Below are positions 9,382 through 19,771 of a stretch of DNA of 32,000 nt, piece after piece (position 1 is the stretch's first letter; the number at the start of each line of letters is the position of its first letter). This DNA comes from Candidatus Harpocratesius repetitus (GTDB lineage Archaea; Asgardarchaeota; Lokiarchaeia; Sigyniarchaeales; Promethearchaeaceae). Under the pieces are notes generated by a model. That model was given only the letters and a program-made list of their open reading frames with translations, did no database searches and was not told where the DNA came from. The position numbers and the translations under genes are program-made. The DNA is taken from assembly GCA_021498095.1 (NCBI GenBank), contig JAIZWK010000001.1:3150001-3182000 (forward strand). The letters are read 5' to 3'.

Positions 9382-12300
9382 TCATGGAGGTGGTTTTTCC
9401 TCCTCAATATTGGATGGTGGCGGCATATCCGATGCTTCATCTTCATGCTGCTGCGATTCTTGTTTGGATTTTTCATGCTCGGTTTTCTGACTAATGATTT
9501 GATTCCATTTTTTAAGCCAACCTGCTTTGCTAAGTTTTATTTTACTTCTTTTATCCTTTTCTACAAATGAGTAAAATGTGTGAATTTGCTTAAATGTTTG
9601 ATAGATCGGCTCAAATGGTGAATCAACCGTAATTGGATCGGTGAATTTTACTTTATCTGCTTCATTCTTGAGATAATTGAAAATGTCTTTTAGTTCCATA
9701 TTTTTTACTTTGGATGCATTGTAAATAATACCTGATTTTGCGGCATTTAAAACGGTTTCCCGCTCCTTGTTAGATAATTCACGCCAATCAAACCATTCCA
9801 GCGAACCGTATGGATGATAACTGCCGAAGGATGTATCCAAAACCTTAAGCAAACCGCTTAAAAGTTTATTTGTCCACTTTTTCATAGATTTTGAATTTCT
9901 TTTTCCTGTATTTTTGTATCTATCAATCTGCAAATTTACCGTTTCTTCAAAATATTTCAATTTATTATATCTGGCAATGTTGTAAGCGCCGTTAACATCT
10001 CGATCGACGATAAATTTTTCTGCTTTTGGTTTTTCATCATTTTCAGATTTAACTATATTTTCATAAAGAAACGTATTTCCTTGAGAAGCATGGATAAAGT
10101 CAATATTAGTATTATTTTCTTTAGAATTAAAGTATTCATTACATAATTCGATTATTTTTGTAGGAACCGAAAAATTATACTCGTATTTATCAGGATTTTT
10201 CGAAATAAAGGAAGCAAATTCATTAAAATTGGCAGTATATCCCGGTCCTTTTACAGGAAATATCCTATTTTTATGAAAAACCATGAGAAATCCTTTTTTA
10301 CCTTCGGTTCCGCTTATGCTCAGTTTTGAAGTATAGGCTGCAGGAACATATCTCACATTTATTCCCTTCATGCTTCCCATTTCTTGGGTGTAATCAGGTA
10401 GTAAGCCGCGAAGCCATCGGGCTTTTTCAAGAGCAAATGATTCACCTTTGGTCGCTTTATACTTCCATAAGCTTTCAAAATTGATTCGGGAATGCATTTT
10501 GAAAATATTTTTGATAAATGATGAATTAGGATTGTTTTCGTCTATGAAAAATTGAGATCCAACAGAAGGCCAAAGATTCTGTATATACGATATTACCGAT
10601 TGCTTTAAATCTTCATTTTGCAGACAGTGATTAATTGATGCTTCAGAAGAACGGAAAACAGCACGGGACAAATTATGGGCGATGTTTCGGTTTAATCTGG
10701 TTGATTTACTATTTATTGAGCGCTTCATGTATGATTTTTTAAGTAAATATTTTGAAGCCCTAACACATTTTTTAACTTTTTTAACTTTAAACCGATTTTC
10801 TACACGATTTTTTTTCTGCTGAAATAGTGCAGCCGTTTTTACAGTATTATTTGAATGTTTTATCAAATTTCTCTGTTCAAAATTCTTTCTGGCTGTATAT
10901 TCTGATAGAGAGATTTCGGTATTATTTAGAGTTTTAATTTTAATTTTATCGGTTGATAAAAATTTATTCTGTGGTTGAAAATAGATCTGCAGTTCATAAG
11001 GGCTACGCAGTCCAAGATCAACTCCTGTCGAAATATAGCCGGGCATTTTTGAATGAATACGCGGCCGCAAGAATTTAAATGGATGATAAATGCGAATATC
11101 TCCGTTAGGTTTTACCTGCAAAAGAGGTGTCGAAAAAGGGGCAAAACCATAAAAATTACCTTCGACAAGTGGATTTTCTGAAGATTTGGAAGGCAGTTTA
11201 TTCTTTCCCAAAGCATTAATCAAAATTTTAGGATAAATTTTTGAAATGAATGAGTAAAATTTCCAAGTTTCAGTTGTTGCCTTAGAATTTAAAAAAGGTT
11301 TTGGAAAAATAATTAGTTTTTGCCAAGCGCTTTTCTCTTTTTCATCTTTAATTTTATCGGTTTCTTTCAGAAATTTATTACCTAAATAATTGACATAGTC
11401 AATGAAAGATAAGTTTTGAACATTTTTATCACCAGGAAATACTTTAAGAAATTTCTGCAATTCCGGAACGATAATATCTTTATATTTGATTAAAACTTCT
11501 TTTTTGTATTTATAGGGCGCTTTGGGATCGATTAAGCCCTGCATGATTCGAAAATTGATTAAAAGTGGTTGAATTCGATTTAGTAAAACTTTGCTTGAAA
11601 AATTGGATTTATTGATTATTTCGGATAATTCTTTAATAATTTGCTTTAATGCTTGAAAATTAATCAAATACTGCTGAATAGAATTATCTAGTTTTGAATC
11701 CAGTATGTCGAAATTTTGATTTTTAAAGTTTATATAATCGCTATATTTTATTTTCAAGATTTTTTTTCCAAGATTGCTTAATACATTATTTATTTTCTTT
11801 TCCGTTTCATCCAAATTTTGTTTTTTAGCTTTAAAACTTTTTTTAATGCTTGAAATTTTCTTTTTAACTTTATTTTTTAAATTTTCAAATTTTTTATTTT
11901 GTTTTTCAATTTTATCAATTTCTTTAGAAAGATCTACTTTTTCGAATGGATCTAATGATTTTAGTAAAGAGATCGGCATTAATAACGGATGGGATTGTTC
12001 TAAACTTTTTACGGGAAAAATCATGGGCATTAAATTCTTTATTGTAGTGCTTATTTCTTCAATTTTTGTGAATTTTACCAAAAAAGGCACACCAGTTCTT
12101 TTCTGGTGAAAATAAAACCATTTAATATGTTTTTCGTTAACTACCATTTCTTTAACTTGAGGAAGATTTAGATTGAAGAATTTATCCCATTCTTCCTGCA
12201 GATGAAAATCTCCTTTGGATATATTGATGGGTGAACATAATATTAGATAATCACGATTTGGTCCAGGCTCAGTTTTTCCTTTTGGTAATAAATAAAGCAG

Positions 12301-15300
12301 ATAGTAACGAAGAAGTTCATAAGGCTCTGATGCATTTTTTACCTGTATTAAGAAGTATGAAGAATCATCTTGGGGTAACCGCACAGTTGCGCTGAAATCT
12401 TTGTAGACGGGCCATTGATCGGGAGGATACAAAATATATTTTGCATAAATTTGGAAATAACTGAGATCTGAAGCGGGAGGTCCTTTTTGAACAACTTCAC
12501 GCATCATTGTAAATAATTCTTTGATAGGATCGGTATTTTTTGGTTTTGGATTGTCTAAATAATTGTCTTCATATTCTTGTTTCAGTTCAACCGCCAAATT
12601 TTTATAATCTTCAGTTAGGTCGGGTAATTTAGTAAATTCACCATCTCTTTTGAATTTCGAAAGCAGTTTTTTCAAATAATTAAATGACAGAGTGATATCT
12701 TCCGTCGATTCAACCGAAAATTGGAACACGGTTTGAAGTATTGATATAATTTTTATTAGAGTGTCTGCCTTATTTGTCTGTATCTTTGTTGGTGTTGTCT
12801 GCCATTCTTCAGCATTATTAGATTTTTCTAAATGACTCTTTAACAATTCTTGAACATCGTTTTTAGATTTTGATCTGAAAACTAGCCTAGAAAGATTTAA
12901 TGCGGGAAATTTACCAAACGAATTATTTTTATCACCCTTTTCAGCCTTTTTTTCATAGAACCAGACTGTTGGGGATATTGACAAGAGATTTAATCCTTTA
13001 ACACCGTATTTTTGAATCCAACCTGTAAAGCTGGGATTATTTTCTAAAGATTTGGTGGATTCATAAGAAAGCGATTTGATTGGATTCTTCTTTTCGATAT
13101 TGTTATTAACATAATTAGTTTTTGCAGATCTTTTAGGTTTGAAACTTGGATTTAACCACAAATTCTTCCATTTTATCAATGAATTAGTTGAAACAGGTGG
13201 AAAATAATTTTCATTTTGGAAATTTAATTCAAACTTTTTTAGTATCCGCATCATTCGCGCTTCTGTAATCCACATTTTCCACATTTTTCCAATTTTTGGA
13301 GAATATGCAAATTTATTGGGATGATTAATCTGCTGAATTACTGCATATGCACTCAAATTTAATTCTTGAGTAAATATCCCGCATACATTGGTATATATTC
13401 TGTTCCAGCTGAGTTTTTCGGTATATGAGAGTTGATTACATTTGGTATTAATAGAATCAATAAATGAATTCGCTTCTGAAATATCCTTATTATAATCCTG
13501 CAGTATTTGTTCTTCATTAAGTGAATTTGGAGCGAAAATACCCGATTTGCCGAACACTAAAAATGTTTCCTTTAAATTTCCAAATATTTTGATAAAAGAA
13601 AATTTAGTTGAAGTTTCATCATTTGTTAATACTTTGTTTGGAATTTGAGATAAATAGGTTTGAATTCGTTTCACCGCTTCAGCTCTATGTAAAAACCATT
13701 CAGATCGGGCAATTTTACATGTTCGTTCATCAATATAATAATGGGATGATTTTCTTTTTATATTCCAAGAACCTTTTCTTGCAGGAGTGAACAGTGCTTT
13801 CAATTCATTTGAAATATTTTTCTTAAATTTATTAAATTGTTCTGCAATATTTATTTTGTTTAATTTTAATAAATTGAGATTTTTTGAATACTCTGAAAGA
13901 TAATTTTGATAAGATTCGCTGTATGTTAAATTATGCCTTATAAAATTGATAAATCTGTAAAAATGTACGTATTGACAATAAATATCCGAAGAATATTTAG
14001 TATAATGGTCTTTTAAGACATCTGCCATTGATTTTAGCACTAAATGGTTCAGTTTTAACTCAAATGAGTAATAATCACTGTTAATTTTCAGCTGAGCAAT
14101 ATTTGAAACGGCGGTGGCAGAAATCTCTTTCACAAAATCTGCCAATTTGTAATTTTTATTCCGCAATTCTTGAGGATCGGTGGATTTAAAGGTGGAGGGT
14201 AATTGAAACACCGTATCTTTAGGATCTGACAAATTATCTTTTTGGTTTTGTTCTTTTTCGTTTTCATCCTCGTCTTCAGTAGATCCATTATCAAAATCAA
14301 TTTTATCAAAATTGCTTAATGTATTCAGTGTTTTGTTAAATGCATCGAACGATCCATCTTCTAAAGCCGCTTGAATCAATTTTTCAAGATGATCAAATCT
14401 TTCTTCCGCTGCACTTGAAACTGCATTATTATTTTGAGAATTTTCTGATCTATAATGCAAATTATCAAAAACCAAGCTCGAATCCGCATTTTCAAATAGA
14501 ATCTGAAATTCTTCGCTATATTTTTCAATCATATCTTTATATAATTGAATTTGGGAATATTTTCCAGATTCAGAAATCGTAATCCTGCAGGGAGGTTCTT
14601 TGTCAAGTTCTTCGCATGATTTTTGGGCGTCTTCTTGAGTATAGATGTAATACGATCGCTTGCTGTGCTGATTTTTTGCAAAATATCCGAAAATTGAATC
14701 TTTCCAAGCAGTTCGAAAAGCTCGTAAAATCATATCCGCAAATTTTTTCTGATTTTCCTTTAATATTCTTTTTCTAAAATCACCATTTTCTAATCCGTTT
14801 ATTTCAGTTTGAAAAATGCCGAATACTTTTAAAGCAAACCTGTTAACTTGTGCGAGTATTATTTCTGCTTCTGCTTTTAGAGGTTCTAAACAAGCTTCCA
14901 ACCTTTTAACATGCCATTCTGCATACTCTTGTGTTTTTTTATTATCTGGAGCAGTATCTATAGGTAGTTCAGAACGCTTTGCTTTATTTATTTTTATACC
15001 CAAATATTTGTCTGAAGGTCGGATCAGCGGTGAGGCAAACAGCAGATCAATAAAATTTCGAATGGTCGAAAAGAGCGGGGTTTTAAATCTTAATTTATTA
15101 AATGATTCTTGATATTCCTGCAGTGCATCCGCCAAATTCTTTCGTTTTTCATAATATTTTTGAGGATTTTTTAAATATTCTATTGTATCGCTGAAATTAG
15201 ATAAATCTATGTTATAATATTGATAACTTAAATGTTTTATAAATTCTTTCTTTTCTTTTTCTGTAAAAGACAATTTTTGAAGAGAATTTAATGTAAAATT

Positions 15301-18210
15301 TGATAATCCTTTCTTTTTATCATGATCACTAGATCTTAATATTAAACTCGGAAATTCGAATATATTCCCGACCTTTAAACTTAAAGTACGGGTTTGAATG
15401 GTCCACGTGATTGGCAGTGCCTGCGGTGTCCAGTTAAATGGCGGTTTTAAAACGTCTCGAACGGCTGGATCGATAATATGTATATAATAATTCTTCAAAT
15501 TAGAAATGTTGTATAGTTGTTTTAGGGTGATCTCCGAAGCTTTAGGATGAAGAACCATTCGATTTGAAGGTTTGTGATAAATAAATATGTCTACGGCTTT
15601 ATGGGGTGGAAGTCTGAGTGCTTGTCGAACTTCATTTGAATTAAAAAATTCTTTTGCCGATCGATTTCCCGAGAAAATGCCTGAACCTTTATCAATTATC
15701 ATTTGACTGATTTTTTTGCACGCTTGATAAAAATCTTTAGAAGATCTATCATAATGTGGAAATATTGAAAAAATTAAATCATGGTGTTCATAAAGATGGC
15801 TGAATTTTCGAACTAGCACAGGTGAATACATGAATCTTTTTTGATCGATATATGATAAGTCATTTTGCAATACTAACCAATGATTTCCTCCTTTTTTACA
15901 TAATTCATTAATCTGATATAATGATTTATTATTTAGATCGACCTGTTTAATAGTGTATTCTGCAGTATCATTCAAAAAACGCTTTAAATAAAAATTAATC
16001 TGAGGTTTAGTTATTCGCATACCCACTTTGAAAGTTTTCATTAAGTCTCGTATTAAGTGGGTGCGATTCCAAGCAGGGTGTCCGAGTTTAGGTGTTAATT
16101 TTACCAGAGAATATTTAATGGTACTTCCTAACATTAATGGTTGAAGCAGCAGTTGAATGTTAGGTAGTTGGATAAATTCTTGAAATTTCATATCTTTCGT
16201 ATCTGGATGAAATCCTGTTCTACGTAAGGTTCGTATAAATTTCTCAAAAAGAGAAGGATTAGTATAAGGTGAATCTAGAAGCACTGCATTAAATTTCCGT
16301 GATTTAGGAGGATAAAAAAGGTTTTCTTTCCTCAATTTGTAATGTTTTATGAATGAAATATCATGAGTGAATGGTTTTGGGCCTTTACCAAAGTGTTCCC
16401 AAATTGCTCGTGCTTGAGGTGCTAATTCGGGTAATATTTCATAGTTGATTAAATCTATTGTGAGAAAAATTACAATTATCATTTGAGAATAAAAGACAAA
16501 ATCACGGAATAGTTTATATGGAAGATGCATATAATGTAGTGGTATATGGTCAGAATATGATAATTCGTAGTGTTTTCTTACAAAAAACCGCATTTTTCCA
16601 ACATCAGGATAAATAAGACGACTCATTGGTCCATTTACATAATCCCTCCATTCTTGGCTGTATAAAGCTTTACCTTCATAAGGATTCGGTTTCCCTTGAA
16701 TTCGAGCGAAGATTCCTTTAATAAATTTCATAAACAACCGTTCTGATTCCCATTTAACCAATTTCCAATCCACATATTTTTTTTCGAAATAGCGGATAAT
16801 TTGCTGTACATCTTCTTTAGAATACTTCGCTTCAGGTTGAACCGCTTGAAAAATACTGCACGGATATATTTTGAAGGGAATCTTTTTGGCGCGCAGAAAT
16901 CTGATTATGGTTGGAATCACATTAGGCATATTCGGATTTGTCATATCTAATTTCGGTTTTATACGGAAAGCATTCCAACCATGGCGAATTCCAATATGTA
17001 ATGGGGAAAAACACGTTAAATAAAAAGGATCTGAATCGGCGTATTTATCTGCCCAATCTTGCATAATCCATTTATTAAGAAAAATTTCATGATCTCTTGG
17101 AACATAAAATCGAATTAACCACGGTGGATTATAGTATCCATGAAATTTCTTGGAAAGAAACTCTACATCTATCGAATATTCTTGTTGAATTTTGAAATTT
17201 TTTTCATTAAAAACTTGAATATGTTGAGTTCTACCTCTTCCCCATGTATATTTACCACATTCAATTTCCTGCTCAATTTTTATCCATTTCAAAGTTCGCT
17301 TTTCTTCCTTTTTAGTAAGACGGGGATAATAAAGATCCGGGATGTCAAACTTTTTTCCTAAACGGAAATCAAGATACATTCGATAAACATGCTCTAATTT
17401 ATACGGAATAATGGGAATTTCGGAATCATTTTTCGCTAAAATTCGGGTATTATCATCTTTAATCCATTTTTTTAGTTTTTGTTCTTTCGCATTCAAAATT
17501 CGTTTTAACTTAGAAGGAATCCGTTTATCTCCCGGTTTTCGAAAGTTACGTTTAGACATGACGGTGGGAGGACGGGACTTGGGCATCATCCTTTTTCTTC
17601 TTCTGTTCCAATATGATTCCAAAGCATCTCGAGAAGAAAAAACTCGATATTTAAAGACTTGCTTCTTAATAGAACGTTCCAACCAGTATCTTTTTTTAGG
17701 GGAAAGCCCAAATTTGCGCATATAAGGCCCGTGAAAATGATTTTTCAATTGTCGAGTTATCTTTTTACGTTTTTCTAATTGTGCCCTTTCAAAATGTTTT
17801 TCTTCCAACCATCTCCGATTGGTATGTTTTCCAGGTTTTTTCCAATCTGGATGACGAGGGTTAATTAAATCACCGTATACATTGTAAACTCTACATCTTT
17901 GGGAATTTTTTGTCAGTTTATCTGGACTTCTTCGTTTGCATATTTTTAAATGGGGGGTAGGTAACATAGAAAGAGGTAACTTTTTCTTTAATGTATAATA
18001 GTCTATTTTTTCCCTATCCGGAATAGTTCTTTCTATTAATCCATAAGGAGTTTTTTTAATAACCGTCTTTTCATTCGGGCTGGGAGGGACTAACAAACGT
18101 GCAATATATTGAAATATATGATCTTTTTTTTCGATTTTTTTAATAAATGGTTCTTCAGTCATTTTTAGCTTCCCTACGCGTATTTCTTTATTGGTTGAAG
18201 TATTTACCAA
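9382..18210 (-). CDS. Giant (~2,926-2,942 aa) protein with a C-terminal TnpB/Cas12-like RuvC nuclease domain
   Basis: RuvC-I GVDLGLRSP (D2398, nt 11019-11017), RuvC-II INFESL (E2579, nt 10476-10474), GINVRYVPAAYTSK, RuvC-III DRDVNGAYNIAR (D2738, nt 9999-9997). The track start is TTG 18210; ATG 18162 after AGGGAAG is a likelier start. Confidence 0.85.
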   Translation of the reverse strand: MVNTSTNKEIRVGKLKMTEEPFIKKIEKKDHIFQYIARLLVPPSPNEKTVIKKTPYGLIERTIPDREKIDYYTLKKKLPLSMLPTPHLKICKRRSPDKLTKNSQRCRVYNVYGDLINPRHPDWKKPGKHTNRRWLEEKHFERAQLEKRKKITRQLKNHFHGPYMRKFGLSPKKRYWLERSIKKQVFKYRVFSSRDALESYWNRRRKRMMPKSRPPTVMSKRNFRKPGDKRIPSKLKRILNAKEQKLKKWIKDDNTRILAKNDSEIPIIPYKLEHVYRMYLDFRLGKKFDIPDLYYPRLTKKEEKRTLKWIKIEQEIECGKYTWGRGRTQHIQVFNEKNFKIQQEYSIDVEFLSKKFHGYYNPPWLIRFYVPRDHEIFLNKWIMQDWADKYADSDPFYLTCFSPLHIGIRHGWNAFRIKPKLDMTNPNMPNVIPTIIRFLRAKKIPFKIYPCSIFQAVQPEAKYSKEDVQQIIRYFEKKYVDWKLVKWESERLFMKFIKGIFARIQGKPNPYEGKALYSQEWRDYVNGPMSRLIYPDVGKMRFFVRKHYELSYSDHIPLHYMHLPYKLFRDFVFYSQMIIVIFLTIDLINYEILPELAPQARAIWEHFGKGPKPFTHDISFIKHYKLRKENLFYPPKSRKFNAVLLDSPYTNPSLFEKFIRTLRRTGFHPDTKDMKFQEFIQLPNIQLLLQPLMLGSTIKYSLVKLTPKLGHPAWNRTHLIRDLMKTFKVGMRITKPQINFYLKRFLNDTAEYTIKQVDLNNKSLYQINELCKKGGNHWLVLQNDLSYIDQKRFMYSPVLVRKFSHLYEHHDLIFSIFPHYDRSSKDFYQACKKISQMIIDKGSGIFSGNRSAKEFFNSNEVRQALRLPPHKAVDIFIYHKPSNRMVLHPKASEITLKQLYNISNLKNYYIHIIDPAVRDVLKPPFNWTPQALPITWTIQTRTLSLKVGNIFEFPSLILRSSDHDKKKGLSNFTLNSLQKLSFTEKEKKEFIKHLSYQYYNIDLSNFSDTIEYLKNPQKYYEKRKNLADALQEYQESFNKLRFKTPLFSTIRNFIDLLFASPLIRPSDKYLGIKINKAKRSELPIDTAPDNKKTQEYAEWHVKRLEACLEPLKAEAEIILAQVNRFALKVFGIFQTEINGLENGDFRKRILKENQKKFADMILRAFRTAWKDSIFGYFAKNQHSKRSYYIYTQEDAQKSCEELDKEPPCRITISESGKYSQIQLYKDMIEKYSEEFQILFENADSSLVFDNLHYRSENSQNNNAVSSAAEERFDHLEKLIQAALEDGSFDAFNKTLNTLSNFDKIDFDNGSTEDEDENEKEQNQKDNLSDPKDTVFQLPSTFKSTDPQELRNKNYKLADFVKEISATAVSNIAQLKINSDYYSFELKLNHLVLKSMADVLKDHYTKYSSDIYCQYVHFYRFINFIRHNLTYSESYQNYLSEYSKNLNLLKLNKINIAEQFNKFKKNISNELKALFTPARKGSWNIKRKSSHYYIDERTCKIARSEWFLHRAEAVKRIQTYLSQIPNKVLTNDETSTKFSFIKIFGNLKETFLVFGKSGIFAPNSLNEEQILQDYNKDISEANSFIDSINTKCNQLSYTEKLSWNRIYTNVCGIFTQELNLSAYAVIQQINHPNKFAYSPKIGKMWKMWITEARMMRILKKFELNFQNENYFPPVSTNSLIKWKNLWLNPSFKPKRSAKTNYVNNNIEKKNPIKSLSYESTKSLENNPSFTGWIQKYGVKGLNLLSISPTVWFYEKKAEKGDKNNSFGKFPALNLSRLVFRSKSKNDVQELLKSHLEKSNNAEEWQTTPTKIQTNKADTLIKIISILQTVFQFSVESTEDITLSFNYLKKLLSKFKRDGEFTKLPDLTEDYKNLAVELKQEYEDNYLDNPKPKNTDPIKELFTMMREVVQKGPPASDLSYFQIYAKYILYPPDQWPVYKDFSATVRLPQDDSSYFLIQVKNASEPYELLRYYLLYLLPKGKTEPGPNRDYLILCSPINISKGDFHLQEEWDKFFNLNLPQVKEMVVNEKHIKWFYFHQKRTGVPFLVKFTKIEEISTTIKNLMPMIFPVKSLEQSHPLLMPISLLKSLDPFEKVDLSKEIDKIEKQNKKFENLKNKVKKKISSIKKSFKAKKQNLDETEKKINNVLSNLGKKILKIKYSDYINFKNQNFDILDSKLDNSIQQYLINFQALKQIIKELSEIINKSNFSSKVLLNRIQPLLINFRIMQGLIDPKAPYKYKKEVLIKYKDIIVPELQKFLKVFPGDKNVQNLSFIDYVNYLGNKFLKETDKIKDEKEKSAWQKLIIFPKPFLNSKATTETWKFYSFISKIYPKILINALGKNKLPSKSSENPLVEGNFYGFAPFSTPLLQVKPNGDIRIYHPFKFLRPRIHSKMPGYISTGVDLGLRSPYELQIYFQPQNKFLSTDKIKIKTLNNTEISLSEYTARKNFEQRNLIKHSNNTVKTAALFQQKKNRVENRFKVKKVKKCVRASKYLLKKSYMKRSINSKSTRLNRNIAHNLSRAVFRSSEASINHCLQNEDLKQSVISYIQNLWPSVGSQFFIDENNPNSSFIKNIFKMHSRINFESLWKYKATKGESFALEKARWLRGLLPDYTQEMGSMKGINVRYVPAAYTSKLSISGTEGKKGFLMVFHKNRIFPVKGPGYTANFNEFASFISKNPDKYEYNFSVPTKIIELCNEYFNSKENNTNIDFIHASQGNTFLYENIVKSENDEKPKAEKFIVDRDVNGAYNIARYNKLKYFEETVNLQIDRYKNTGKRNSKSMKKWTNKLLSGLLKVLDTSFGSYHPYGSLEWFDWRELSNKERETVLNAAKSGIIYNASKVKNMELKDIFNYLKNEADKVKFTDPITVDSPFEPIYQTFKQIHTFYSFVEKDKRSKIKLSKAGWLKKWNQIISQKTEHEKSKQESQQHEDEASDMPPPSNIEEEKPPP

Positions 18211-19408
18211 AATATTTTAAAAATAAACTATACTGAGAATTTTTAATATCACCATAAGAATGATTATATTCAGAAATAGTAAATTCTAATTTGTTTTTAT
18301 TAGTTATATTAAAATTTCTGATAGCAGACAAGATATGTTCCTGAGTTACTTTTTCAGATTTTTGTTCAATAGCGTTTATTTTTGCCAATTGAATTAGGTG
18401 TTTTAGATCCGCTCCAGAAAATCCATCCGTTTCTAGTGAAATTTCATGAATATTGACTTCCTTTGGAACATCTATAAGCATTTGTTCAATGATCAATGAT
18501 CTCGAAGATTGATCTGGTTGAGGGATGAAAACTTGCATACTTAATCTTCCAGGTCTAAGTAAGGCTGAGTCAACCAGATCCTTACGATTTGTGGCACCAA
18601 TAACAAATATATAATTATTAATAATTTCGTTATATTCGAGATTATTTTTTTCATGTGAATTTTCTAAATCAATTTCATTAATTTTTTGTTCATCAATGGT
18701 TGAAGATCTATTTTGATTGGGTAATCTGTTCATTTCAATTAGCAATTGGGTAAACATACGATCAATTTCAGCTGATTCTCTACTTTGACCCCTTTTTGGA
18801 CTTAGTGATTCTATTTCATCTATAAATAAAACTATAGGAGCATTGTTCCGGCAGTATCTAAAGACCCGGGAAATATTTCGGGCTGATTCTCCTACAAGAG
18901 AATTTACAATATCACTAGGGGTTATTACCAGTAAAGGTAATTTCATGTAAGCTGCTAAAGCAGAAGCCAACATGGTTTTCCCGCAACCTGGCGGACCTTC
19001 GAATAATATGCCTGTAGGAAGTTGCAATTTTAATTTTGAAGCAATTTTCCTATATTCGGGATTGGAGATAGGAAGACAAATTTCTTTGATCAATCGATTT
19101 TTAATTGTTTCAATTCCTGCAATATCATTCATTTGGTAAGGATAAGGTTTAGTGACTCCATCATACAATATACCTATTGGTGGTAGATCTTTTTGGGAGA
19201 TTATCTCTATAATTTCATCGTGCTTTTCGTCCACTAAAACTAAATCATGAATTTTTACAAGAATCTTTTCAGGTTTTGGAAATGCAATCCGAATTCCGTT
19301 CAATTCAACTATAATTTTTGTTTTAAACAATTCAATTACTGTTCCAACAGATGTAGGAACAGAAGCTGGATTGCTCTGCAAACGCTGGAAAAATTTTTTC
19401 ATCATCAT
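18188..19408 (-). CDS. AAA+ ATPase, PAN/Rpt/CDC48-like single AAA module with an OB-like N-domain
   Basis: Walker A GPPGCGKT, Walker B LFIDE, SRH ATNRKDLVDSALLRPGRL, GFSGADL. The N-terminal VGTVIEL..KIIVE...LVLVD..EIIEII..LP resembles the PAN OB domain. Confidence 0.85.
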   Translation of the reverse strand: MMMKKFFQRLQSNPASVPTSVGTVIELFKTKIIVELNGIRIAFPKPEKILVKIHDLVLVDEKHDEIIEIISQKDLPPIGILYDGVTKPYPYQMNDIAGIETIKNRLIKEICLPISNPEYRKIASKLKLQLPTGILFEGPPGCGKTMLASALAAYMKLPLLVITPSDIVNSLVGESARNISRVFRYCRNNAPIVLFIDEIESLSPKRGQSRESAEIDRMFTQLLIEMNRLPNQNRSSTIDEQKINEIDLENSHEKNNLEYNEIINNYIFVIGATNRKDLVDSALLRPGRLSMQVFIPQPDQSSRSLIIEQMLIDVPKEVNIHEISLETDGFSGADLKHLIQLAKINAIEQKSEKVTQEHILSAIRNFNITNKNKLEFTISEYNHSYGDIKNSQYSLFLKYFGKYFNQ

Positions 19409-19676
19409 ATACTAGATGCGACACTCTGAAAACCTTTAAATATGGTCTTCAAAAAGTGCAAAAATTCCTGTCAAAGTTAGAAAAAATATTACAATTTATA
19501 TATTTTTGATTTACAAAAACAAGGTTGCATTATTTAATCACTCCAAAATGTGGTTCAAAAATTCTTGATTTAAATATGTTTACTATTCAAATATATTGGG
19601 CAGTAATAAAGTGCCGATTGTAAAATAAAGAAGGTTAGAGAATAAGCATATTAACTGATCTATACTAATTCTCTCA

Positions 19677-19771
19677 GCTGACTCAAGAATTATGAAATAG
19701 ATCGTAAAAATGGAATATATGAACCCTAATATCTCGTTAAGTGCGAGATTTTCGTTTCATATTGAGTTAGC
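19677..19771 (+). ncRNA. Candidate structured non-coding RNA inside the element
   Basis: Closing stem GCTGACTCAA (19677-86)/TTGAGTTAGC (19762-71) with one G.U, stacked TATGAAA (19691-97)/TTTCATA (19755-61), and inner hairpin ATCTCG/CGAGAT (19731-49). Confidence 0.4.

Noticed and set aside
9382-9384. Sec readthrough of the giant gene's TGA stop
   Set aside because: It is not at a Cys-like motif, TAA follows within six codons, and no SECIS-like core is seen downstream.
11774-17725. Plus-strand ORFs inside the giant gene (e.g. 11774-12109, 14816-15112, 17411-17725)
   Set aside because: Antisense shadows. The Phe/Leu-rich look reflects Lys-rich codons on the coding strand.
18188-19408. TnsC/IstB-type transposition ATPase (CAST-like system)
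   Set aside because: The motifs (GPPGCGKT, SRH with RPGR, GFSGADL) are classic-clade AAA, not TnsC or IstB, and there is no DDE transposase or TniQ.
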